Assembly (NCBI GenBank): GCA_045118155.1
Contig: JBGUXS010000078.1
Coordinates: 443-64,442 of the forward strand
Length of the DNA stretch: 64,000 nucleotides
DNA from: Alphaproteobacteria bacterium
Lineage (GTDB): Bacteria > Pseudomonadota > Alphaproteobacteria > CAAHEQ01 > UBA3637
Reading direction: 5' to 3'
The notes below the pieces were generated by a model. It saw only the letters and a list, made by a program, of their open reading frames with translations. It was not told where the DNA came from and did not search any database. Position numbers and translations under genes: made by a program. Within the stretch, counting starts at the first letter, position 1. Each line of letters starts with the position of its first letter. Of this stretch, positions 1 through 7,698 are shown piece after piece.

Positions 1-608
1 TTCTATTTTACAATCTTAAGTATTATTTGGAATTTCCTTTACAAACTTTATTCCTTTGGCAAGGGGGGATGTCTTTTCATGGGGGCCTGATAGGGGTTAT
101 CATCGCAACATTTTTATTTGCTAGGAAAAAACATATTCCAGTCCTAGCTTTGGGCGATATTTTATGTTGTGTTGCCCCGATTGGTTTATTTTTGGGGCGT
201 CTTGCTAATTTTGTAAACGCTGAACTATATGGGCGTATTACGACATCCGTTCCATGGGCAGTTATTTTTCCTGGGCAAACCCTTCCCCGCCATCCTAGTC
301 AAATTTACGAAGCTTTATGTGAAGGGTTCATTTTGTTCTGTGTTTTAAACAGCCTCTGGTGGTTTTCGGCAAAATACCGAGAAAAAAATGGATTTTTCAC
401 AGGGCTGTTTTTCTTGCTCTATGGTTTAATGCGTTTTGGATTAGAATTTTTCAGAGAGCCCGATGCCCATCTTGGATTTGTATTAGGACGATTAAGCATG
501 GGGCAAGTTCTTTGTATTCCTATGGTTATAGGGGGACTTTATTTGATACGTAACGCCTCAACCAAAGTCCAATTCAAGCGTCTGGTAAAAAGGGGAAAAA
601 ATGACTAA
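1..608 (+). CDS. lgt: Prolipoprotein diacylglyceryl transferase, 5' end cut by the window edge
   Basis: The frame is open back to nt 3. Motifs LFYN, WQGGMSFHGGLIG, GRLANFVNAELYGR and PRHPSQIYEA match the Lgt core. Confidence 0.9.
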   Translation, partial: LFYNLKYYLEFPLQTLFLWQGGMSFHGGLIGVIIATFLFARKKHIPVLALGDILCCVAPIGLFLGRLANFVNAELYGRITTSVPWAVIFPGQTLPRHPSQIYEALCEGFILFCVLNSLWWFSAKYREKNGFFTGLFFLLYGLMRFGLEFFREPDAHLGFVLGRLSMGQVLCIPMVIGGLYLIRNASTKVQFKRLVKRGKND

Positions 609-1188
609 CTTTCGTCGTCGTTATACTTGGATTCAAAATATCGGACGTTTACTTAAAAAGAAGCTAATTATCCCCCTGTGGCGTTCGCCACATCCCCCAG
701 AATACAAAGCTCTAGGGGTGGCTATTGGGTTAGGATGGGCCATGACCCCTTTAGTTGGAGTACAAATGTACCTAGTCTGGATGACATGGTTAATCATGAA
801 AAAAGTCTTTAACAAACCATTTTCTTTGGCTTTGGGATTAGCTTGGACGTGGGTAACCAATGTTTTTACAATGGTGCCCATTTATTACGTTTTTTATCTA
901 ACAGGGCGGTTAATGATGGGAAAGGGGCTAACCGAAGATCATTCTGTTAAACAACAAATTGCAGCAATTTTTTTAGGTCCTCAATCCTTTGTTCAAAAAT
1001 GGGGAGATTTTTTCAAGGCTTTAATGAAAGAATGGGGTATTACAATGATGATGGGGTGTATCCCTTTTATTATTGCGGCTCTACTTTTAGGGTATTATGT
1101 AACTCTTAGGTACGAATCCTTACGAGAACATCATCGTCAATTACGTCAGCAAAAAAGGGAACAAAATGGAACAACCAGAAAATTTTAA
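601..1188 (+). CDS. DUF2062-family membrane protein
   Basis: 195-aa ORF that overlaps the lgt stop. RSPHPPEYKALGVAIGLGWAMTPLVG and multiple TM segments are typical of DUF2062. Confidence 0.75.
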   Translation: MTNFRRRYTWIQNIGRLLKKKLIIPLWRSPHPPEYKALGVAIGLGWAMTPLVGVQMYLVWMTWLIMKKVFNKPFSLALGLAWTWVTNVFTMVPIYYVFYLTGRLMMGKGLTEDHSVKQQIAAIFLGPQSFVQKWGDFFKALMKEWGITMMMGCIPFIIAALLLGYYVTLRYESLREHHRQLRQQKREQNGTTRKF

Positions 1189-1804
1189 GGATTTATCCCA
1201 AATTACGGGTTATTTTTTAAATAAGGAAGAATCTTTGACTGGGGCAGAAGATTTAGCCTTGATGAAACAAGTACACGGGTCAACTGTTCTGGTCATTGAT
1301 AAAGCACCGGATCCGGAAAATCCCCCCATGGCAGATGGTTTTATTACACAAACACCGGGATTAAAATTAGCGGTAAAAACGGCTGATTGTATTCCTTTAC
1401 TTATTGCTGACCCTTTACAAAAAACCGTTGGTGCCTTTCATGTGGGATGGAAACCAGGCCTCTTGGGTATTGTAGAAAGTGCTATCCTTACTTTTCAAAA
1501 ATTGGGGAGTCAACCTCAACATTTGGTCGCCGCTTTAGGGCCTGCTCTAGGGAAGCCAAGCTTTCCCGTCAGCAAAGAAATGATGCAACTGTATCCCGAA
1601 CCAGAACGCATTTTTTTTGAACAAAAGGAAGAAGGTATCTTTTTTGACAATACCGCCTATATCATCTATCGTTTAAAACGGGCAGGAATCCAAAATATTT
1701 GGGCCAGTTCCACTAACACTTACCGAGATTTGACCTATCACAGTTTTCGCCGTGAAAATGGGGCCAAAGGGCGACAATATAGTATTATTTTTCTAAATAC
1801 TTAG
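1166..1804 (+). CDS. pgeF: Peptidoglycan editing factor PgeF / YfiH (DUF152, laccase-domain protein)
   Basis: Motifs HGSTVLVID, ADGFIT, KTADCIPLL and GAFHVGWKP match the YfiH catalytic His/Cys/His pattern. Confidence 0.85.
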   Translation: MEQPENFKDLSQITGYFLNKEESLTGAEDLALMKQVHGSTVLVIDKAPDPENPPMADGFITQTPGLKLAVKTADCIPLLIADPLQKTVGAFHVGWKPGLLGIVESAILTFQKLGSQPQHLVAALGPALGKPSFPVSKEMMQLYPEPERIFFEQKEEGIFFDNTAYIIYRLKRAGIQNIWASSTNTYRDLTYHSFRRENGAKGRQYSIIFLNT

Positions 1805-2142
1805 GGCATTTGATTTCGCATAAGGGCCAAAATGGCATCAAAATCATCATTTTCCGCAACTTGATTACGATGAGTTTTGTGACATGTTTGACATTGATAT
1901 AAAATATACATCTTCCCATTTTTTTGTTCCACACCAATAGGTTTTAATACTCCTTGACAAGGATTAGCCCTATCTCCCGGAGAAATATCAACGTGCTTAC
2001 TTGTCAGACATTTAGGACAATGATCGGTGTACCCATTTCCCTTCACAAATGTTCCACAGACACAACAAATAAAATCTTCTTGAGTTCGTTGAAAGCGCTT
2101 TACCATAAGAGGTATTTTAAGCGATTTATAGGTAAAATTCAA
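1801..2142 (-). CDS. RNHCP domain-containing zinc-ribbon protein
   Basis: Motifs CCVCG, HCPKCLTSKHVD, ANPCQG, YQCQTCHKTHRNQV. The start may instead be the internal Met at 2106. Confidence 0.75.
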   Translation of the reverse strand: MNFTYKSLKIPLMVKRFQRTQEDFICCVCGTFVKGNGYTDHCPKCLTSKHVDISPGDRANPCQGVLKPIGVEQKNGKMYILYQCQTCHKTHRNQVAENDDFDAILALMRNQMP

Positions 2143-2150
2143 TATTTTAC

Positions 2151-2179
2151 TAGAAAAAAGCTTTTATTACGTGTATAAT
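2151..2179 (+). promoter_or_regulatory. Candidate sigma70 promoter for the orf380-virD4 operon (TAGAAA-17-TATAAT)
   Basis: A perfect TATAAT at 2174-2179 lies 20 nt upstream of the 2199 ATG. A -35-like TAGAAA sits at 2151-2156 with a 17-bp spacer. Confidence 0.45.
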
Positions 2180-2198
2180 ATATCCGAAAGGGTTTGGT

Positions 2199-3341
2199 AT
2201 GCAGAAAAAACGCACCTTTATTATTGGACTTATTTGGGGGCTAATCTTCTTTTGGTGGCTGCACAATTTTTTTTACTTGAATTGGTATTTTCGGTTTTAC
2301 AGTCCCAAAGCTTGGGTTTATTTACTTCATGAATTCAAGTACGGTTGGCGGGTACGGGCCGTTTCCGATTGGATCTTTATTTTTACCCTTATTTTCGCAT
2401 TACCTCTGTTTTTCTGGGGGTGGTATCTATGCTTAAAAATCAAATGGTTGGCTCTTTTTAAATGGATAAAAAAACAATTTTTAAAACTTACCAACAAAAA
2501 ATCAACTGTTGTAAAAAAACAAATGAAGTTAGCCGCTAAAAAAAGTGTGCAAAAAGAACGCCCCCCTGCCCTTGCAACCCCCAAAGTAACTAGTCCCGAA
2601 AAGAAAATGCAAAAAATGCCATCTTCTGCCATCAAAAAAGAAGAAATCGATTTAGATTTTTCTGCTAAAGAAGAATTTTTGAAAGAAGAAAACATTCAAA
2701 CGGCACCTCCTGCCAAAGAACATCGGGCCCCGGATCCACCAAAAGGGGGACCTTCTTTCCTATTTGAAGATGATGATATCCCGCAACAAAACAATGATGT
2801 TCGGGCCGACACACTGTTGTCTGAAATAAAAATGCCAGAACGAGAACGAACACAAGAAAATATCCCAGATATTATTCACGCGCATGGCTTTAAGCCCATC
2901 ACGGCCATTGTGCATCCAGATATTTCTTTTGCGGCCGTTTCTTCAGATACCCTTTTGGTTGCTTTTGTGGATGAAGAACCAGGAGATTGGCTAGCCGATG
3001 AAGAAGATTTTGAAGGGGAAGACCCCTTGTGGTTTTCAGAAAGTTTTCATCGGGTTTCCCCAGTTTTTAAACTATTAAAAGTTGCTAAAAAAATCAGGGC
3101 TCAGTTAGAAAATCAAGGACTTTCTCATAAAGTAATTCCTTACTTAATTGAAAAAATGGGAAATATTATTAACGTAGAAGATATGCAAGAAACGTGGAAA
3201 GAACTGGGGGTCATTGTCTGCCGAACAGATGTTGGGGGGGATGAAACATTACCCACAGTAGAAGCTTCTTTCCCGCAAGCAAAAGATGTTGCAGAAGCTG
3301 CTGATTTAGATATAATAAAAGAAATTTTAAAAAAGTTATAG
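2199..3341 (+). CDS. Hypothetical membrane protein: N-terminal TM segments, K/E/P-rich linker, acidic C-terminal globular domain
   Basis: 380-aa ORF ending 10 nt upstream of virD4. It has W/F-rich TM helices and a low-complexity linker. The C-terminal block (HGFKPITAIVHPDISFAAVSSDTLLVAFVDEEPGDW) loosely resembles a NERD/PD-(D/E)xK-type core, and I assign no family with confidence. Confidence 0.65.
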   Translation: MQKKRTFIIGLIWGLIFFWWLHNFFYLNWYFRFYSPKAWVYLLHEFKYGWRVRAVSDWIFIFTLIFALPLFFWGWYLCLKIKWLALFKWIKKQFLKLTNKKSTVVKKQMKLAAKKSVQKERPPALATPKVTSPEKKMQKMPSSAIKKEEIDLDFSAKEEFLKEENIQTAPPAKEHRAPDPPKGGPSFLFEDDDIPQQNNDVRADTLLSEIKMPERERTQENIPDIIHAHGFKPITAIVHPDISFAAVSSDTLLVAFVDEEPGDWLADEEDFEGEDPLWFSESFHRVSPVFKLLKVAKKIRAQLENQGLSHKVIPYLIEKMGNIINVEDMQETWKELGVIVCRTDVGGDETLPTVEASFPQAKDVAEAADLDIIKEILKKL

Positions 3342-3350
3342 GGGGAAAAG

Positions 3351-5522
3351 TTGGGCGCCTCTGACGCGATGTACACCGAACGTAAAAAATATACGTACTA
3401 TGTGGCAGCTATCGTAGTACTGGCTCTTTTTGTATCTTGGATAATGCTGTTAATTACAATTCCTTTACAAGCTTTTATCCGTCAAGGGTTAGATATTGAA
3501 GCTTGGAATTACAGTGTTTCCTTTTGGACACATGCTTGGCATCCAAAAGTCATTTTTCAAGTCCTCAATAGTTGGTTTGATTCCCTAAAAACGTTAAAAA
3601 ATCCCCATTGGACTTTATATTTACCCTTTTTATCCTTTTTTATTGGCTTTATCGTTTTAGTGATAGGGCTAAAAAAGAATCCCTTTGAATACACACCAAA
3701 TATTTTTGGGAATGGACGTTTAGCCACTTATGCTGATGTCAAAAAAATGAAATTATTTACTGGGTTCTGCATCGTTTTGGGACGTTTTAAAGGCAAGTTA
3801 TTAAAAATGCCAGAAACCTTAGCGGCCTTAGTTGTTGCGCCACCGGGGACTGGTAAAACCGCTGGGGTGGTGATTCCCACCATTTTTGAATCCCCAGGAT
3901 TGAGTATTATTGTAAACGACCCTAAACCAGAATTATGTTATACCACAACCGGATATCGGGCACAACAAGGGCCTGTGTTCGTTATTAACTGGGGGGCCGA
4001 TGATGAACCAGAAAAAGGGATTTTCTTCCCTAGTTGGAATCCACTTTCTGCTTCATGCTTACCAGCACCAGGTCCCGCCAGAGATATGTACATAGACTCT
4101 ATGGTGGCTATTTTGGTAGAAGTTAATGAAAAAGATCCTCACTGGGGGAAAACTGGGCGAAATGCTATGTCTGGTTTTTTGAACTTTATCGCCAGTAAAT
4201 GTGAACGGGCACTTGCTAACGATTACTTTACTTCACGTTTAATGGACGATTTATTTGATGATGAAGACGCGGCCGTTTTAGAAACATACTATGCGGATAT
4301 GAACGATCCTGATACAGGGTCTGCTTTACAGGCATTAAAAAATGGGTCTATGACACGGGAATCTTACGTCCCTATCGGTACATGGGCGGGGCTACCTTCT
4401 GTTTGGCAAGGAAAAGAACCTTGTATTGCTATGATTTTGGACTGGCTGACGGAAATGCAAATGAAAATCAATGCCGATATTAAACGCCGTATGGATGAAG
4501 GGGATCAAATGGCGGCCATGGCAGACCCCATGCGGGATCTATTGGAAAGTGCCATCAGTGAAGCAGCCCGCTATGGCTATGCCAGACGTTCTGTCACAGA
4601 ACTCAATCAATTATCCGCCACACCGGATAAGGAACGGGGGTCTATTTTATCCACGGCCCTTTCTGGGATCAGTATTTTTAAAAACTCGGCAGTGCGTTCT
4701 AGAACTAAGTTCAGTGACATTACTTTCCGTGATTTACGTGGGATGCGTGATCCTATTACAGGGGAACAAAAACCTATTTCGGTTTATCTATCCGTTAACC
4801 AGGTAGATGCCCAAGCCTTAAATGTCATTACTGGGATTTTTGTTGAATTGATGAGCAGTTTCTTAATCGCGAACCCCCCAAATTTTGTTGGGGCAGGCGG
4901 GAAAAAGGCGGGACCATTTCCTGTTTTATTTGTGCTTGACGAGTTTCCACAAATGCCAAAATTGGATGCTGTGAAAAACGGGCCTGCCGTAGGGCGGGGA
5001 CAGAAAGTTTCTTATTTGCTCATTGGGCAGGATCTTGGACAGATTTCTGGTAAATACGGGAAAGATGATTTGGAAACAATCATTACAACAACAGCCGCTA
5101 AAGTCATTCTTTCTCAAAACAACGAACAAACCGCTGAACGTTTTACAAAAATGATTGGGACTAAAACGATTCAAGTAACAAGTTCTAGCCGAACTGAAGG
5201 GATTTCCAACCAAAATAACCCCTTTGCGGCAAACGTAAGCCGTTCCTACCAAAGCTCAAACGTGGTCCAAGTATCTGATATGATGAGCTTAGATATGCTT
5301 AAACAATACGTTTTATTCCAAGGATATCTAAACCATCCTATCTTAGCGGATGCCCCTCGTTATTACTTAGATAAAGTCATGCAAAAGAAAGCGGCCATTC
5401 CCCCTTCCCCATTTGTTCCGTATTGGATTGTAGCGCAACGGGAAGATACCGATTTAGAAACATTAAAAGCTTTGATGCAAGAGGAATTAGCAGATTTGGA
5501 TATTATCATAGAGGATGAATAA
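3351..5522 (+). CDS. virD4: Type IV secretion system coupling protein VirD4/TraG
   Basis: N-terminal TM helices, Walker A VVAPPGTGKTAGVVIPT, Walker B-like FVLDEFPQMPKL and the TraG/VirD4 family pattern. A TTG start at 3351 follows AGGGGGA; an alternative ATG lies at 3369. Confidence 0.9.
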   Translation: MGASDAMYTERKKYTYYVAAIVVLALFVSWIMLLITIPLQAFIRQGLDIEAWNYSVSFWTHAWHPKVIFQVLNSWFDSLKTLKNPHWTLYLPFLSFFIGFIVLVIGLKKNPFEYTPNIFGNGRLATYADVKKMKLFTGFCIVLGRFKGKLLKMPETLAALVVAPPGTGKTAGVVIPTIFESPGLSIIVNDPKPELCYTTTGYRAQQGPVFVINWGADDEPEKGIFFPSWNPLSASCLPAPGPARDMYIDSMVAILVEVNEKDPHWGKTGRNAMSGFLNFIASKCERALANDYFTSRLMDDLFDDEDAAVLETYYADMNDPDTGSALQALKNGSMTRESYVPIGTWAGLPSVWQGKEPCIAMILDWLTEMQMKINADIKRRMDEGDQMAAMADPMRDLLESAISEAARYGYARRSVTELNQLSATPDKERGSILSTALSGISIFKNSAVRSRTKFSDITFRDLRGMRDPITGEQKPISVYLSVNQVDAQALNVITGIFVELMSSFLIANPPNFVGAGGKKAGPFPVLFVLDEFPQMPKLDAVKNGPAVGRGQKVSYLLIGQDLGQISGKYGKDDLETIITTTAAKVILSQNNEQTAERFTKMIGTKTIQVTSSSRTEGISNQNNPFAANVSRSYQSSNVVQVSDMMSLDMLKQYVLFQGYLNHPILADAPRYYLDKVMQKKAAIPPSPFVPYWIVAQREDTDLETLKALMQEELADLDIIIEDE

Positions 5523-6064
5523 TGACGGAAGATTTTAAGTTTGAAGATGGTCTAGGACAGGATTATTGGATTCGTGAATTTCATAAAATTCCCTTTCCAG
5601 GAATGGAATTGTTTGAAGTAACTTTTTTTAGACGTATAGAAGGGGCCTATGTGGATAAACATCAGCGCTTTAGAGAAATGGCCGTTGATTTTCTAAAAGA
5701 TTTAGGGAAAGAGGAAGAAGAACTTTATGCTTTTGAATTTTCTGAGGCCGAAGTCGCTTTGATTAAAAAAGGTCGTCTACCAGAAAATTATACTGTCCAT
5801 TTAAAATATCCTTTAGAATACGGTTGTGCATTGATCCCAGAACAATTTGTTTTGATGCCTATTGCCCCTTATTATCGGGATATTAATACTTATATCTTCA
5901 GACAACTTATAACCGATGAAGGAATTAAAAAGCCCCATCACCTTTATGTTCCCACACCAACAGGGCGTATTTATAAACCTTATTCTGGGGATGCAAGTGG
6001 CAGCGGTGGGAAAAGTAATACTTCCCAAATGGCGGCTATGTTTAACCAGGGGCGGGGGCGTTAA
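5522..6064 (+). CDS. Hypothetical 180-aa protein; candidate T4SS substrate or toxin with a degenerate HNH-like motif
   Basis: Its start overlaps the virD4 stop (TAATG) and follows a GAGGA RBS. The segment YTVHLKYPLEYGCALIPEQFVLMP parallels the colicin-DNase/HNH pattern H-H-x3-P-x4-GG-x5-N-x5-P with substitutions. The tail is Gly/Ser-rich and ends in basic GRGR. Confidence 0.6.
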   Translation: MTEDFKFEDGLGQDYWIREFHKIPFPGMELFEVTFFRRIEGAYVDKHQRFREMAVDFLKDLGKEEEELYAFEFSEAEVALIKKGRLPENYTVHLKYPLEYGCALIPEQFVLMPIAPYYRDINTYIFRQLITDEGIKKPHHLYVPTPTGRIYKPYSGDASGSGGKSNTSQMAAMFNQGRGR

Positions 6065-6065
6065 T

Positions 6066-6524
6066 ATGAAATTAATACATGTTGTTTTAAAAGCTATTTA
6101 TAAAGATGCCGCTGTTGTTTTTAATCCTGTGGCTTTGACTGATGTTCAAAAGGCCTCTTTTGAAATTGTAAAAAATAAAGGGATTAAAATTCCTAATGAT
6201 TATGCTGCCTTTTTAACAGAAGTTGATGGATTATCCTGGAATGGATTGTATCTTTTTTCCTTAAATGAAAAGGAACGTCAAGATGGCGCTTTTGTGCACC
6301 CTGGCATTCTACAAACATACCATAAGGGCTTAAAAAATCCGATTTTTAAAAACAGGCTTTTATTAGGATACGGCCCTGAAGAAATCATTACATATCATGC
6401 GGGAAAAAAAGAATATCAAATCCTAAGTCAATATGATTACAGAATCCTAGTACGGCTTCCCCGCTTCTTTGATGTACTGTATCACTATACCCATGCTTTA
6501 TTTGAGGATGCCCCTAAGGACTAG
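6066..6524 (+). CDS. SUKH / SMI1-KNR4-like protein (candidate immunity protein)
   Basis: The ATG at 6066 lies 2 nt after the orf180 stop and follows a G-rich SD. GIKIPNDYAAFLTEVDGLSWNGLYLFSL and LLLGYGPEEIITYHAGKKEYQIL fit the SMI1_KNR4 pattern (lP.dY..FL...nG, then fg.d....i.yd). The longer track ORF starting at 5916 overlaps orf180 and was not used. Confidence 0.6.
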   Translation: MKLIHVVLKAIYKDAAVVFNPVALTDVQKASFEIVKNKGIKIPNDYAAFLTEVDGLSWNGLYLFSLNEKERQDGAFVHPGILQTYHKGLKNPIFKNRLLLGYGPEEIITYHAGKKEYQILSQYDYRILVRLPRFFDVLYHYTHALFEDAPKD

Positions 6525-6895
6525 GACAAATCTTGCTTAACATGTGGCGTTTGCAAAAGTTCTTCAATGTGATCGGCCACTTCTAAGGAAGTATCTTTTT
6601 TAAAGATTAAATCTGGCACAATTCTTAACCGGATTTCTTTTCCAATGCGGTAACGAAAAAGGCCTTTATGTGCATTTAACAACTTCACTTGTTCATTCAC
6701 ATCAATTCCCCCGATACCATTTACAAAAACACTTGCGTAACTCAAATCTGGGGAAATGTTAGCTTGTGTGATTTGTAAAGCCCTTGGTTTTAAACCTGAA
6801 ATAAACAAATCCTCTTTAACCAACATCTGTCCAATTAGACGCCGAATGCTTTCTGAAACCCGAAGTTGCCGTTGTGATTGTTCTGACGTTTTCAT
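6521..6895 (-). CDS. rbfA: Ribosome-binding factor A
   Basis: SQRQLRVSESIRRLIGQML and ITQANISPDLSYASVFV are RbfA signatures. The Met at 6895 is preferred; the ORF is open to 6931. Confidence 0.9.
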   Translation of the reverse strand: MKTSEQSQRQLRVSESIRRLIGQMLVKEDLFISGLKPRALQITQANISPDLSYASVFVNGIGGIDVNEQVKLLNAHKGLFRYRIGKEIRLRIVPDLIFKKDTSLEVADHIEELLQTPHVKQDLS

Positions 6896-6939
6896 AGAAG
6901 CTATTATACCTTTTTTTCTTGTTCCTTTCAAGAATCTTT

Positions 6940-7680
6940 TTAGAACAAGTATCTAAGCCCCACCAAAACCGTCTGACTTTTATTTTCAACAGAAATCGGA
7001 GTTTTAGAAACTTTATCTGTCAATGAAATACGGCCTGGATCCATATAACGGTACCCTACATCTAAATCCAAATCCCGACCTAAATGTGTCGTGACACCGG
7101 CGGCTACATTCCAAGCCATTTTATACTTCCATGTTTCATGATTATAATGGTTCGTTCCTTTGTCTGATTGAACACGAATACGGGATTGGCTGACCCCGAT
7201 TCCTCCCCCAATATAAGGGCTAAAAGTATAAGAAGGGAACAAATCATAATAGGCATTCAAAAAATAAGTATTCATTTTAATATTGCTTGCCCGAACCCGT
7301 GTTCCATCATCCAACTTAAATACCGCATCCCTTTTCCCATGAGAATTATAGCTACCTTCAAGTTCCGTCCGCACATTTCCAAGCATTGTTTTGACTTGAA
7401 CCCCCAAAGCCCCGCTTAATTCCATCAGCTCATCCTTTTTTTTCTGAGATTGCCCCCCAATAGCGGGTTCAAAATCCCGTCCTTTATAGCCGATTTTTGC
7501 CTCAACATAAACCCGTTGACTAGGTTCCAAAGAATTATCTTTCAGACTCTCTTCCATATATTTGTTCTTATCATCCATCACGTAAAAATCAGTATCTCCC
7601 GCATAAGAGGCATAGTAGACACCAGCTTGTGCGTAATAACTTGACAAAACAAAAAAAGTAAAAATAAGCTTCTTCATCAT
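6940..7680 (-). CDS. Outer-membrane beta-barrel protein (OMP_b-brl / Omp25-like family)
   Basis: Signal peptide MMKKLIFTFFVLSSYYAQA, alternating amphipathic beta strands and a C-terminal LVGLRYLF with terminal Phe. Confidence 0.75.
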   Translation of the reverse strand: MMKKLIFTFFVLSSYYAQAGVYYASYAGDTDFYVMDDKNKYMEESLKDNSLEPSQRVYVEAKIGYKGRDFEPAIGGQSQKKKDELMELSGALGVQVKTMLGNVRTELEGSYNSHGKRDAVFKLDDGTRVRASNIKMNTYFLNAYYDLFPSYTFSPYIGGGIGVSQSRIRVQSDKGTNHYNHETWKYKMAWNVAAGVTTHLGRDLDLDVGYRYMDPGRISLTDKVSKTPISVENKSQTVLVGLRYLF

Positions 7681-7698
7681 TTCATCCTCCTAAACCAA

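Noticed and set aside
359-881. Track ORFs 359-553(+) and 633-881(-) nested in or antisense to lgt and the DUF2062 gene
   Set aside because: They lie entirely within well-supported genes, have no motifs and show biased composition typical of shadow frames.
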